Made by a program: the position numbers and the translations under genes. A stretch of 63,087 nt of DNA, the filler included, from Sarea resinae (Eukaryota): assembly GCA_026026165.1 (NCBI GenBank). It is 3 parts of 3 records of this genome, joined end to end, with 100 filler letters (N's around TTAATTAATTAA, not from the genome) between each part and the next. Parts side by side here need not be neighbours in the genome. Positions count along the whole stretch, not along the records: positions 22,435 to 43,720 come from JAPEUD010000132.1; positions 43,821 to 63,087 come from JAPEUD010000133.1; 1 more part is not named here. One strand, given 5' to 3'. Shown one piece after another: positions 36,761 to 49,514 of this stretch (the stretch's first letter is position 1; every line of letters starts with the position of its first letter). The notes below the pieces were generated by a model. It had not been told where the DNA came from. It worked only from the letters and a program-made list of their open reading frames with translations, and made no database searches.

Positions 36761-38247
36761 TCAGCGAGCGATGGGGAAGGTGTCTGGGGAATTTCTTCTC
36801 CCAGGCCGATCTCCATTGATCGGAGTCTTTGCCAGCCGTCTAATGCAGCGCGCCTCCTTGTCATTATCATCGTCATGTTCATCGTTATCATCATTCTTGT
36901 CTTTGTCGTTGAACCGTTCCTCGTCGTCTTCCTCTTCTTCGTCTTCTTTTTCATCGTCGACGTCGTCGTCTTCAGATCTTCTACTAGGGAACATCCTAGA
37001 CTGGAATGCCGCCGCAAGGTCCTCTCCCAGCCTCCCGTTCTCGCTAGAGATGCTCCCTAGACTCATTGGATCGTCCTGTGGTTCCTTAAATGTTGCTCGA
37101 CTATAGAATGCTTCTGGTAATGCATAGTCGGAGATTTTTCTAGCCAACGTTATCAAGGTTGAGCGTCAAAGGTAGGGTCCTGGCGATACCCATATAGGTC
37201 CTTGGTGTTTGAGCTTCTCAGCAGGCCCTCTAGGGTTACAAAGCTTCCAACCCAGGAAAGTAACCACGTATCTAAAATACGGGAAGCGTCGAGCAAGGCG
37301 ATTTGGCGTCAGGAAGTTGAGCTCGTTGCCGTCAAGATCCTAGCTAATTTAGAACGGTCTAGAGACAAAGCCAATACAGAGCTTACCTTTCACACCTTAT
37401 CTCGCATGAACGTTCTATCTAAGATCGTCTCGTCGATAACAATCAGCCTCTATCTCGGCAACTCTCCTTGTGCTGGTAGTAGGACAATCGCTATGCTTCC
37501 CTTGTCCAGTGCTTCTTCAATCGTTACGTAATGTGATAGTCCTATAAGCGTAGCTCTTAGCTCGGCAACAAGAATGGTTTAGGGTCTAAGACATACCGTT
37601 ACAGGGATTAGCCAGCATTGTCTCCTTTTCACCATGCGCAAGGCCCTGAACTGCCACCGCTTTGAGTACTAAATGAGCAGCTTTTACTGTATCTAGATGA
37701 AACCACACAAGGACATGGCAATATACCTCGCTACCATCTGGTCCCACGGCACTATATAAAGACAGGATTTCCTGTTTGAGTCAGGATTAATAGAACCACA
37801 CGCTGCTTTCGTTTGAATCGGGGGTTACCCTCTCTAGTCTTGCGTACGTCGGCGTGACCTCCAGTATACCATGTTCGACAGTCTGGCATTGTCGTTTGAG
37901 CACACGTAATTCCAAATAATGGGGGAGCAAGTGCTTGTCGAGTGTCATCATGACTGATGTATATATATCCTCAGAGCACTTCTGATCCTTGAAGGCTTCT
38001 GGAGTGCTTTTTAGTACTTTTCCGCGTGCTCGCTGTCAGTCTCTATAACCATGATTCTTTTTGCAATGTAGACAGAAGCAAACAAAGTCGTCCTGGCATT
38101 GAGCGCTGCCACTGTTTCCGCTCTTGCGTTAACACTACGCTGTTGGAGTTTATCGAGCTTCTCGCGCCGGTCATTGACTATCACGTTTGTATGCTTATAA
38201 GCAATGATCTGCTCAATAAGCTGAGATGAGTCCTGTCTTGCGCTCAT
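36761..38247 (-). pseudogene. Fungal HNH endonuclease (HNH_2-type) pseudogene, RIP-damaged
   Basis: Manual minus-strand translation: YCHVLVWF..VKAAHLV(L)...LANPCNG|..IEEALDKGSIAIV..DLDGNELNFLTPNR(L)ARRFPYFRY..WVSPGPYL*RSTLITLARKISD. Several TAA/TAG/TGA stops and a frameshift. Confidence 0.68.
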
Positions 38248-38759
38248 TGTTGTAGGTCAAGAGATCAATGACCACTGGGGGAGTTTCGTGTTGTCTTTGA
38301 TACGCGCCGTTGTAGAGAGGGAACAAGGGAAGCGGTCCAATACAGAATCTCAGACGCCAGGATAGGAACGAGAACAACATTTGTGTTTTGTCGTAATCAA
38401 TCTACTTCGCGAGGGAAGACGTAAGTACAAACAGACTGCGATCTATGGATGCGATGATTAATTTTCGGGTTGGCCTTTGGGCCACTAGAACAACAAAAAG
38501 CTACACCAAGTAAGAAAAATTGTACGTGGACCACAGAACTGGTCTGGTCCGACCAACGGACCAAGAACTATCGCGGAAATTTTCAGAATCCTGTCAATGC
38601 AAAGCGACATTAGACGCGCGGGATCCGAGTAGATAGGAGAATCGCAAAAACGTGCTCCCTATCCTCAATGCCAAATTCCCGACGACGTGGACGGGAATTA
38701 GTCGCCCATACAAAAATTAAGCGAATTTCGAACAACAGGGGGTGGACAGGAATTAGGAC

Positions 38760-41700
38760 AGGATTTACCTTAGGGTTACGCATTCTATCAACAATCTAGA
38801 AGAGTAGAGCCTTTGACCTGCTAACAAAAGTTGTAGTATTTAATGCGACAAATTAATAAGTGTTATTAGATTGATAGAATTCGACGAAAAAAGTAGGTTT
38901 GTTAGACCTTTTGCAACCCTAAGTTACTCTAGACCTAAATCTAATACAAAGTAGAAGATTATATATAGTAGTAGGTGGTATAGAACGCGAAGTAGAGAGA
39001 ATAACTATTAACAAGCAATGCAAATCAAAGAACAGTAGTAATAGAGTTATACATTATAGATCTATATTTAACAAGCAGTTTAAATAATAGTAAGAAAGAG
39101 GTTTAAAAGTGCAGTTAAAAATACAGATATTAAGCTGTTTAAAAGGCAGATAGATAAGGTAGTAGGTAGTCTATAGATAGCTTATTAGTTAACCTATAGG
39201 CAGCTTGTTTTAAAGCCTGTTTAAAAGCCTAGTAGTTAAAACCTAGTAAGTAAGCTATTAGAAAAGCTATTAGTTAACTTGTTAATTAGTTAGTTAATTA
39301 AGTATTTAAATTATAAACCTATTAATTAGTTAGTTAGTTAGTTAAGCTATTAACTTACAAAAGCTATAGAGTGCCTGTTTAGCAGCAAAGAGTTTATAGT
39401 AAATCTTATATATTAGACCTATTCTTATTAATAACTAGAGTTAAACTTAAACTCTAAAATTACATACTCTTTTTAACAATTATAATTAGTAAAAATAATT
39501 TAGTAAGAGTAGAACTCTATTAGTAGAACTCTAGTCAGTTAATACTGTTAAAATACTCTCTTTCTTTAAGCGCATTATATCTTCTAATCTTCTCTATTAT
39601 AATTCTATAAAGCATAATTAATTATCTTACATTATAGCTGCAATATTACTAATAGGCTATCTACTTAGGTTTAGGTACCTAGCCTAAATTAAGCTTTAGG
39701 CAGGTTAGCCTGCCTAATTACATAATCAGGTTGGGTTTAGGCAGGCTCAATTCACTGTAGGGCCTACAGCCTACCTATTAGGTTTCAGTGGGTAGATTAG
39801 ATAAGATTATCACTTGATAAGATAAGATAAGTAATTTTCTCGCTAAGCGGTAACACATAGAGGTAACATTTTGTAGGCAATAATGTACTTAGGTACGAGG
39901 TAATAGGTACGTACCTCCACATGACTAGGTACGTACCTAGTCATGTGATTACATAATAGGTACGTACCCTATGAAAAAGTCACATGAAGGTACGTACCTA
40001 GTCACATGACGGGTACCTGAGCCCACCTATCAGGTCCTACCAGTCAGGTACATACTGCTGTAGGTACCTGCTACCCACGAGTAGGCGGGTACGTACCCCC
40101 CTACCCGCCTAGTAGGTACCTAAGTAGACAGCCTAATCACTAAATAAAGTGCTTAGAGTTTATTAGAGTAACTTAGAGCTACTTTAGATAAGTACTAAAG
40201 CTAGGAGTTAGAGGCAGAATAAGTAAGAGTAAAGAGCTGTTTAAAGAGCTAAGGTAGTAAAGACAGCTAAGTAATTAACTATATAATAGATTAATTAATA
40301 CTATAATTAATACAGTAATAAAGTAGTAGAATTACAGATATTATATCTTTATTGCAGTAGAAAGGTATAGTAGAAGTGTAGATAGAAGTGTAAGTGTAAG
40401 TAAAAGTAGAAGGTAGAGCTGCTATAATTAACTAGCTATACTATAAACATAACTTTTAAGTGCTTCTATACAGTTAATATAGATATATAATTAGAGATCT
40501 TAACTAGCATTTAGTATATTATTACACTTTATCTATTAAAAAGCAATAGTAGATTCTAGTGCAGTTTTAAAACTATATCTTAGCTAAACCTATTTGTATT
40601 GCACTTAGTAATCCTACTAGGATTAAAGAGATATACTAGGTATATACTCTAACTACTTTACTACTAATTAGCCTACTTTACTAGTAGAAAGTAGGATTAA
40701 GTATAGTAGGATTAAGTAAGATACTAGCATATTAAAATCGCTTCTAATATTGCTAGCTATATCTCTAACTCTTAAAGAGCTGCCTTTCTATAGCACTTAA
40801 TTAATTATCTCTTACTATTAATACTGTTTAGGCTTGCTTAACTCTCTAGAGTTACTTAATCTTAGTTAGAGCTACTTTCTACTTATACTCTAACTATATT
40901 GCTACTAAGAGCGACTAAGTAAGTAAGTAGGTGTGCTTTAAGTAACCTCTCTCTCTCTAGTAGTATATCCTTAAGTAACTCTTATACTCTAACTATATTG
41001 CTACTAAGTAACTAAATAAGTAAGTAAGCACGCTCTAAGTAACCTCTCTCTCTAGTAGTATATCTCTAGGTAACTCTTAGTAGCTATAGCTACTTTTTTC
41101 TAAAATAGTAACTAATTAACTAACTAACTAGTTAAGCACGCTCTAGGTAACTCTTTATAGCACCTTAAGAGAAGTAAGCCTTAGTAGTATCCTAACTATA
41201 TAGCTAGTTGCTATCCTATCTAATACAGCTGTTTAACAATTAAACTTCTAGATAGTCTAGCAGAAAAACCTCTCTCTAGGCTATAAGCGCTTTACTTACC
41301 TTACTTGCTAGCTATTTAGCTAGCTAGGCTAGTAAAATAATAAATAATCCTAAGCAAGCGTCTAGTGTTTATTTATTAACTACCTAGTGTATACGCGTCG
41401 CTTATTAGCTAGCCTAGCTAGTAAGTAGAAAGTGTAATTAAAGTAGTGTATAGGATTAAGCTAATGCAAAACTAGTAAGACATTGTATCTAACACTGCTA
41501 GCCTAATCTCTAACCTATAGGTAGTAGCCTTTCTATATACAACTAGATTTAATTATCTTCTCTTACTATTAGAGCTGTTCTAGTATACTTAACCTCTTAG
41601 AGTTATAAGGCCTTAGTTAGAGCTACCTTTAACTTATACTTTCTACTAAATCTCTTTAGTTAGTTATAGTAAGTATATACACACGCTCTAACTATCTATT

Positions 41701-43680
41701 ACTATTACTATAGCAGCTGCTACAACTACTACTACTATAACTATTATAGTAAACTAGCTAGTCTATAAACTAGATTATTAGGTGCTACTATACTAGTAAT
41801 ATAGTTATGCAATTAGGAACCTTAACTAGTATCTTAAGTATTATTATAGTATATTAGCAAAGCAGTAGCAGCTAATTATAGCTAGCCTATACAATTATAT
41901 CCTTGCTTAACTATAAGACATCTAATTACTACTAGTTAATAGCTAGTTGTTTCTAGTATTAAAAACGCTACTAGATGCCTTTTAATACAATAATTTTAAC
42001 TAATATTACTATATTAGTGTTAGTTAACTAGTAATACAAAAGTATTATAATAAGCAGCACTACTAGTAGGCTAGCTAGCTGAAAAAAGCAACACATTAGC
42101 ACTTAGTAAGAGTATAGACCTTCTTTAACAACTATAGACTATAGTAATATTTCTCTATACAGCTGCTGCTAGTAGATTAAAGAGAGTATACTTTCTCTTT
42201 CTCTTTCTCTTTCTCTTCTTCTTCTTCTTCTTTTAACTCTAAGCTAGGCTGCTTAACTAGGTTACCTATATAGTTAAGTTATAAAGACACTAATATAGTA
42301 AGCTAGATCTAGTATAAATTTAATGCTTAGCAGGCTATATATAAGTAGAGTTAGGCTCTAATTAAGAGTAAAGTATAGAAGACTAATTAGACTAGCTAGT
42401 TTAGTTGTATAGGCTAGCTAGCCTACCTAGGCTGTTAGAATATAGCGCACCTAACTGTATTGCAGCTGCTAAAGACACTGTCTTCTTATTGATTTTCGCT
42501 AATCTTCGCCTTTTTAAGGCATTAAACTAAGCCCTAAGTAAGAATTAACAGTGTTTTCTTAACAGTGTTTTTACACCTGTTAAAAAACACTCTCTACCTA
42601 CTAACCTAACTACCTTAATAGCTGCCTTAATCCTTACCTACGCGCCTACTCTCTATTTGTTTAATTGCTAGCCTACTAGCGTTAATTTCCTACCCTTAGA
42701 GTTACCTTATCCTTTAGAGTTATTTAGAGTTAGAGGTATATTAAGAGGTGATTACAGCTAGCTAAGGTAGACTAACAGCGCACTTTGCCTCTAGCACTTG
42801 TGTAGCGCTCTAAGGAAAGAAGAAGGCTTGCTTATATCTAATCTACTAGCTGCTGTTTAAAGATTAAAAAACTTCTAGACAGTCTAGAAGAAAAAGCTCT
42901 CTATATATATATACACTGTGCCTGCCTAGCCTGCTAGCTATTTAGCTAGCCTAGCTAGCAAAATCTACTAGGAGAGTTTAAGCGTCACTTAGAGTTAAAA
43001 GAGGATTAAGAGGTTATTATAATAAGCTAAGGTATGCTAACTACACACTTTGCCTACAGCAGCGCTGCTGCTGCCCTTAATAACTAGCAGCAGCAGCTGC
43101 AGCAGGCAGTGTAAGAATAAGAGCAATAAGAGCAGTAAGAGAAGTAAAAGGAGTAAGAGAAGCAGTAAGAGAGATTAGAATTAAGATTAAGATTAGGATT
43201 GCAATTGTTATTATTCTACTATAAGCTAAACTATTAGGTCCTAATCTGCTGTCAACATAGCTACACCCTTTAAAATATAGACTGCTACTTAAAGGACAGT
43301 TATATAATGCTAGCTAAAGAGCGACATCTGCTTAGAGCGTAGTATTAAGGCTGTAGCCTACTTAATCTATATGCTGTGCCTTTGCTACTGCTGAATTACT
43401 CTGCATTTCTCGCTCTAGAGGCACCTACTAACAGCTTTACCTATTAAGACTATAGTTTAGCACAGCGAATCGCTAGATCATGTAGAAGCATAGCAATAAG
43501 CAGCATACCTAGTCTGCTAATTAAGAGGAAGAAGAAGAAGAGGACTTGCTAAATTAGCAGCTAGTTCTAGTGCAGACCTTCTTTACTAGCAGGCTGCAGC
43601 GATATTTTCTAGTGCGGCTAGCAGAAAAGGAGCATGTAGAGAGGAGCTATAATAATGATTAGCTAGGTAAAGCACCCTCA
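38760..43680. mobile_element. AT-rich, RIP-degraded transposon/repeat block (family not identifiable)
   Basis: Abrupt GC drop, very high TpA, depletion of CpA/TpG, TAG/TAA in all frames (no ORF >=60 aa over ~5.5 kb), and internal duplicated segments. Confidence 0.85.
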
Positions 43681-43720
43681 GCCTCAGCCTCAGCCTCAGC
43701 CTCAGCCTCAGCCTCAGCCT
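43677..43720. repeat. (AGCCTC)n hexanucleotide repeat at contig end
   Basis: About 7 tandem CTCAGC units before the gap. Confidence 0.93.
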
Positions 43721-43820
43721 NNNNNNNNNNNNNNNNNNNNNNNNNNNNNNNNNNNNNNNNNNNNTTAATTAATTAANNNNNNNNNNNNNNNNNNNNNNNN
43801 NNNNNNNNNNNNNNNNNNNN
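43721..43820. other. Assembly gap with artificial TTAATTAATTAA linker
   Basis: N-run with the same linker as the first gap. Confidence 0.95.
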
Positions 43821-45560
43821 GCATCGAGATACGCAAAGTCCTGGTCCTTGTATTCACGGAGGATTCCTAGAACCCGGTCGTGAGTCGACTGCTCGTAGAA
43901 AACCCGATTCTGAATGTTTTCTGCAATCTCTTGATCTTCTTCGAGGGGAGAATCCGACATTTCTTGTGTAGTTAGAAGGATCTGAGTGAAGGACCTCATA
44001 CTAGCTTTGAGATCGTGCCAATCCTTCACGTCCCTGGCATTTTCCATGAAGCGATTGAGGAGGACCAGTGTCTCTGGATTGAGCACACTAGCTACTAGTG
44101 AGAATCGATCCATCTCCGAGCCTTGACCACTGACTTCGGCTGGCGAATTCCTTTTGCTGGCTCCATGCCGAGCTCTTTCGGCTTCGAGAAACCAGGATAT
44201 CATGTAAAAGAACTGGCGCTTGTGACTCTCCAGGAGACGCTCTCCTTCACGTTCGATGACTTTGCGTAAGTGGGTAAAGAGCGGGTTGAATCCTGAGTCA
44301 AGGAAGTCTCCAACAAAGGTTCGCAAATGCTGGTTGGCTTCGATTGAAAGGTGTGTTGGCAGATCGAAATCATCGTAAACAGATTCAACCTTCTTAGGTC
44401 GTCTAGCTTTAGGACGATTCCACTTCTTACTTTGGTCCATCATCTCTAAACTTCTCTGACCATCAACCAAGCCTTTCTGACCCGATACCGTGGATACTCG
44501 CTCGTCGTCTCTCTTGACCCAGATCATTGTTCCGAACCGATTATGCCTTGAAGGTGCGTTCCTAGCGTAGCCCCTTAGCATTTTGGCTTCCTTGTCTAGC
44601 ATTTCCCGAAGCTCGTCGTTCTTATTCTTGTGTAATTGAGTGTCTTCCATGAAGAGTTTAGTAACGTCGACACCCTTGAGGAGATGGAATAAAATTTCCA
44701 GGACAATGACGTCTTCCTTGTCAAATTCGTCACCCATGCCTGATGATATGGCGAGAAGAAAATGGAAGATATCCTGTGAATGGAATGCTTCGATAGTCGC
44801 CGAGCGAGAGACCTTATTCTCGTCCCATTCGAGTGGCAGATTATACGGCGGAGCTATCATGGCGACGTTGCGTAGGAAGTAGAGGACTAGATTGGTGATG
44901 CTTTGATCCCGGACACTTCGTTCTCTCAAGGGCTCAGCTATCGATGGGAGGGCAATCCGTACCACCGCCCGCAGAATCTTTGCCGTGTCATGGTGTAGAA
45001 TATCCCGCTTATACGAGACCTGAGCCAGCTGCAAATAAGGTATATGTCGGTGGTGGTTGACCGTCTTGTTCTCCTCCGTCTTGTCCAAGGGCCAAGTCAA
45101 GGGCACGAGAAGTTCCACTGGCTGACTGTCAGCTTGATCGTTGTCTACGGTGCTTGTGACGCACGGCAAGACAATGCCAGCCTTGAACTCAGCTTGCTTT
45201 GCTGCGCTTCCTCTGGCCAGGCAGCTAATATCTCTAAGAGGTCGCCACTAACAACATTTGCCTCTGCTAGGCAGCGCGCCACATCCAAGCGGTCCAACTT
45301 TTGATCGTAGAGGCTTAACCACCTCCTCAGGTCCTTCAAACAAGCCAAAGCGTCATCTCCGAGGACATAGCGGCCATCATTGCCTCCGCCAGCACCCCCT
45401 AACTGTTCTTCATGTCAGTCACAGCTTGAAAAGAGCGGGATCTTGGAGCACTTACAGCAGAGACGAGACTATAGACGTACGCTCGGATTTCGGCGTCGAC
45501 CACATCCTGGGCTGATGTTTTGGAGGGTTGGAGGGCTTTCGGGGCATCGGGTGGAGACAT
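43821..45560 (-). CDS. TOF1: Topoisomerase 1-associated factor 1 (Tof1/Swi1/Timeless), 3' part truncated by gap
   Basis: DVVDAEIRAYVYSLVSA|LGG...YVLGDDALACLKDLRRWL..DVARCLAEANVV..VELLVPLTWP..LYFLRNV..SRHNRFGTMIWV..FLDSGFNPLF..QEIAENIQNRVFYE (Timeless N-terminal domain). Confidence 0.93.
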
Positions 45561-45714
45561 AGTAGAAGACACAAACTGGTGAGGCTTCCCCAGATGCTCG
45601 TCACTCTCACCAGAGGATGCAGAAAGGGAGTGAGGACCGTAACAATGCTCGACGTTGCGTCTTGATTGATGTTGTGAGAACAGCCATGCGAGTACGAGTA
45701 CACGGCAGTATCAT

Positions 45715-45757
45715 GGCGCGAGAGGAGAACGCGTTTCGCGTCATGCTCTTCACGCGC
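45715..45757. promoter_or_regulatory. Cluster of MCB-like (ACGCGT/CGCG) elements upstream of TOF1
   Basis: GGCGCGA, ACGCGT (45729-45734), TCGCGT and ACGCGC within ~45 bp, ~170 bp upstream of the TOF1 ATG; consistent with G1/S (MBF-type) regulation. Confidence 0.55.
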
Positions 45758-46356
45758 AGGTTGGTAGGTACGAGATAGGTACGTAGCGGGACATGCCGAT
45801 TGATCGGATTATCTCGAGATTATCTCGAGATTATCGCTTGATAAGATCGTCTGGCAGCTCGGAGACGACTCGCGGCTATCCACGGACCACGCATCGAATT
45901 CGATGACGATCTCCGTTGAGAGCAAGAGAGACAATGCTGTACCCATGATAATTGTTGCTGGAGAGATTCCGACATTATGCCTCCTTAATTGTCGTCACTC
46001 CATCATTATCATCGTCGTCTTCAACTCCTTATGAACCGGCAGATCGAGTTAGCGGACGTAGTTCGGGGATAGCTTGGCTGCTCAGCGTACTGGACTGATC
46101 TACCGGCATTTGGCACATGCCTCGGTCCGAACCCCAGGAAGTCGAAAGTACCGCCTGAACAATCCCATGTCCCAGGGTCAGGGCCAGCACTGAACCAATA
46201 CCGGCCCCGCATCAAGCTACTACTGCAGTACGTAGTAGCTGCTACTCGGACACTTCGAAGCTGGATCCCAGATTTATATAGAAGCACCCCTCCAACAGTG
46301 AGAGCAGCTTGACTGCAACTTTCATTCTTTATCAGAATCGCCCAATTCATTAGGTC

Positions 46357-47495
46357 ATGATGTTTGCAACTACAGCTCCCAAGCAACTGCTACGGCAGGC
46401 CACTCTCCTGCACGCCAGGAGATTAAGCACCTCCGCACCAGCTGTGACGGATGTAAGGAGGCTCGGAGTCATTGGAGCAGGCCAGATGGTGCGAGGCAAA
46501 ATCTTCCTTCTCCGTCAAGCAGAGAAAGGATGTAGCTGAACAGAAGTCTTCTCGCAGGGTCTGGGCATAGCATTGGTAGCCGCCCAAAGAGCACAGGTGC
46601 CCGTCATGCTCGTGGATAGCTCTCAAGCGTCGATAGACAAGGGACTGAAGTTCGCAGGTAGAACTAGAATCCGAAGAGCTGCGCGTGGTCTCTGCTGACT
46701 GCCATACAGACAAGTTACTCGAGAAAGACGTTTCTAAGCAACGAGTATCCAAAGACGACGCGGTAGCAGCGAGAGAGCGCCTCCAACCCTCCACAAAATT
46801 AGACGACCTATCAAGTGTTGATTTCGTCATCGAGGCTGTCCCAGTATGCTTTCTATCGAGTCCTGCTAGACAGCGTCAGATGCTAAATTTCGCAGGAAAT
46901 CCCGGACCTCAAAACCTCACTCTTCGCCCAAATCGCACGCATCTGCCAATCGCACGCAATCCTGGCAACGAACACCTCCTCAATCAGCATCACCAAAATC
47001 GCTGCCGCCACTACCAACAATAATCCCAACGACCTATCCGCCGCGTCGAGAGTCGTAAGCACTCATTTCATGAATCCGGTCCCTGTGCAAAAGGGCGTCG
47101 AAATCATCACCGGCCTCCAAACATCTCAAGCTACCGTCGACACCGCCATTGCATTCGTCAAGAAGATGGGAAAGATACCATCAGTTAGCGCCGATTCCCC
47201 AGGATTCTTGGCCAATCGGATTCTGATGCCGTATATCAACGAGGCCATCATCTGCTTGGAAACGGGCGTAGGACAGAAGGAGGATATTGATAGTATCATG
47301 AAGAACGGGACTAATGTACCCATGGGCCCTCTGCAACTAGCAGACTTTATCGGAATCGATACCTGTCTGGCGATCATGAACGTCTTGTACGCTGATACTG
47401 GAGATAGCAAGTACAGACCAGCAGTGCTCCTAAGAAAGATGGTGGATGCCGGCTGGCTGGGGAAGAAGAGCGGCAAGGGATTCTACGACTATTGA
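46357..47495 (+). CDS. Mitochondrial 3-hydroxybutyryl-CoA / 3-hydroxyacyl-CoA dehydrogenase, multi-exon
   Basis: Transit-like N-terminus, VIGAGQM|GLGIA (Rossmann), [65 protein letters not shown]. Confidence 0.93.
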
Positions 47496-47653
47496 GATAT
47501 TGGAACTCGAAATCACATCGGCGCCGTCCCCTAGTCTTGGATCATTCTGGCTCCGCATATTGATTCTATAGTTGGGGTATTATGCGCCGTAGATTGGGGT
47601 CGTATTTGTAAAATAGAGACTATCATACACCTACTCTAAAAGCAATTTGCGCC

Positions 47654-48656
47654 TCAAAATCCCTTTGTCTCTTTAAATGGGTATCGAACGTCGTCATCCT
47701 TGCGCAGGTAGATCTTCTTTCGCTTTTTAGTCCCGACATGTTCGACGAACACCTCTTTTGCGTGCGCCTTCATAAACTTTCGAATATATCGAGGATCCCA
47801 GAGTTCGCTAGCGACGCCCAGGTCCTTGCAACATCGCATGAGCGCATTCGACTTGCAGCCTTCCGTGGCAGTTGGGATTCCGTCGGGAGAGAAGTAGTCT
47901 TGCTCGCCACGAGCAATTGACACAAGCCTAGCATTCCGATATCAGTCCTCTGTTTGCGATGCACGAAGATTGATTCAACAGAGCGTACCTTCCGTGAGCT
48001 AGTAGTGCATATTCTCTCGTGACAGACTTCTGCGTGACTATCGTCTCCCCTCTAGGCGCCAAGCCCCAACCGCCCGGGCCAAAGGCTCTGTTCAATATAC
48101 GCCTGTACTTGATCTCTGGCAGGTACAGGATGCCATCGGGCTTGACTTCGATGTCGTCGAAAGGAATGGGTTGTAAGAGGGCGTCTGCGGCCTCTTTTGG
48201 GAAGGGCGCGGTGGAGAGGCCATGGAATGAGCGAGTCCAGTCGACCTGACGGCTGCCTTCGTCGAGGATGAGAGGCTCATCTGCTAAGCCCTTGGAGAGG
48301 TCTGGTAGGGGGGCAGCGTCGTCTTTCTTAGGGGCCGGCGCTTTGGAAATGCCGTTGCTGCGAGTCGCAGAATTGGCTGAGGGAGTGACGGATGGTCTTG
48401 CCGCTGCTCCGTTGGTGCGGGCTTCGGCCCTCAGATGACGAGTAGACGTGAAGATTGAGCGAGCGTGCGATGGGAATGAAGACTGAACCTGTCTAAAGCC
48501 GCGAGGGTGGAAGGGGTGTAGAGAATGGCGGAGAGGTAGAGACTGCACAGCTAGGAAAAAAGCATGACTTGAAGACGATGATGTGGACAACGAAAACGAG
48601 ACTTGGCGGCGGAGAGGATAGCCCGTGACTGCTCTCCCTACTGTCTGTGACGCCAT
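47654..48656 (-). CDS. MGM101: Mitochondrial genome maintenance protein Mgm101
   Basis: [52 protein letters not shown]..|[34 protein letters not shown]. Confidence 0.95.
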
Positions 48657-48914
48657 TTCTAGAGTGTCGTATGGTTGGAGGGTTTTGCGATGTGAGTGAG
48701 GTTGTCGCAAGTCGCAAAACACAACGCGAGTAAATATAACGTCTGCAACCGCTACCGCGCATTCGGTGACGTCGAGGAACACCAATCTGCACGCAAGAAC
48801 TCTAGATGTCATTCAAGTCACAGATATAGACTACGTGTAATTTGAAGAAGGGGAGATATATTTTTGATTGTAATATAAATTATACAAGAGTCGTGATGAA
48901 TACAAATTCAAGAA

Positions 48915-49395
48915 TCAGGCGTCCTTTGACTCCGTTCGGCCCTCATTCCCATGGCGTTTCCAGCATTCTCGAAAAGCCTCGACCTTGAGATTCAAGTCCC
49001 CAGAGTTAGCGTTGGGCGGCCCCGGAACGGCGAGAAATAGAACGTGGTGTACCCCACGGGAATCCCGTTGGCGGGCTCCCTGGGCTTTTCACGGCTTCAC
49101 GACTCAACGACTCACCTCTTTCTTGCACAGCCTCCAATCCTTTCGGTCATAGTAGCAGTCGGTCATCTTCATGTTCTCCGCTGCAAAGAAACAATTCAGC
49201 GCCATTGCCAGTCGTACAATGATATGAGCGAGCTACCTGCACAGCCGGTGCTGAAGATCCTCTTGTCCCTGTACATCTCGCCATCAGCAATTGGATAAAA
49301 CGAACGAAAAGACCTGGACTGTACCAATCATCTGGCTCATCGTCATCGTCATCGAGAGCTTGAGCCTCAGTGCTGTCTTTTGCAGTATTCGACAT
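48915..49395 (-). CDS. COA4: Twin CX9C cytochrome c oxidase assembly factor Coa4-like, multi-exon
   Basis: DDDEPDDW|DKRIFSTGCA|..KMTDCYYDRKDWRLCKKE|VEAFRECWKRHGNEGRTESKDA*. Confidence 0.8.
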
Positions 49396-49514
49396 TTCCG
49401 CCTAGATCAGATTTCTGTCTATTCGAACGTTGCGTGCTCCGTCTCGGTCAACGAGCATAAAGTAGCTCGGTTGTTGGTGGCGACCTCACCAAGGAACCAA
49501 GGGAGAAGGAGAAG

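Noticed and set aside
11053..45560. TOP2 and TOF1 as a functional gene cluster
   Set aside because: About 27 kb and two assembly gaps apart; no evidence of linkage beyond chance.
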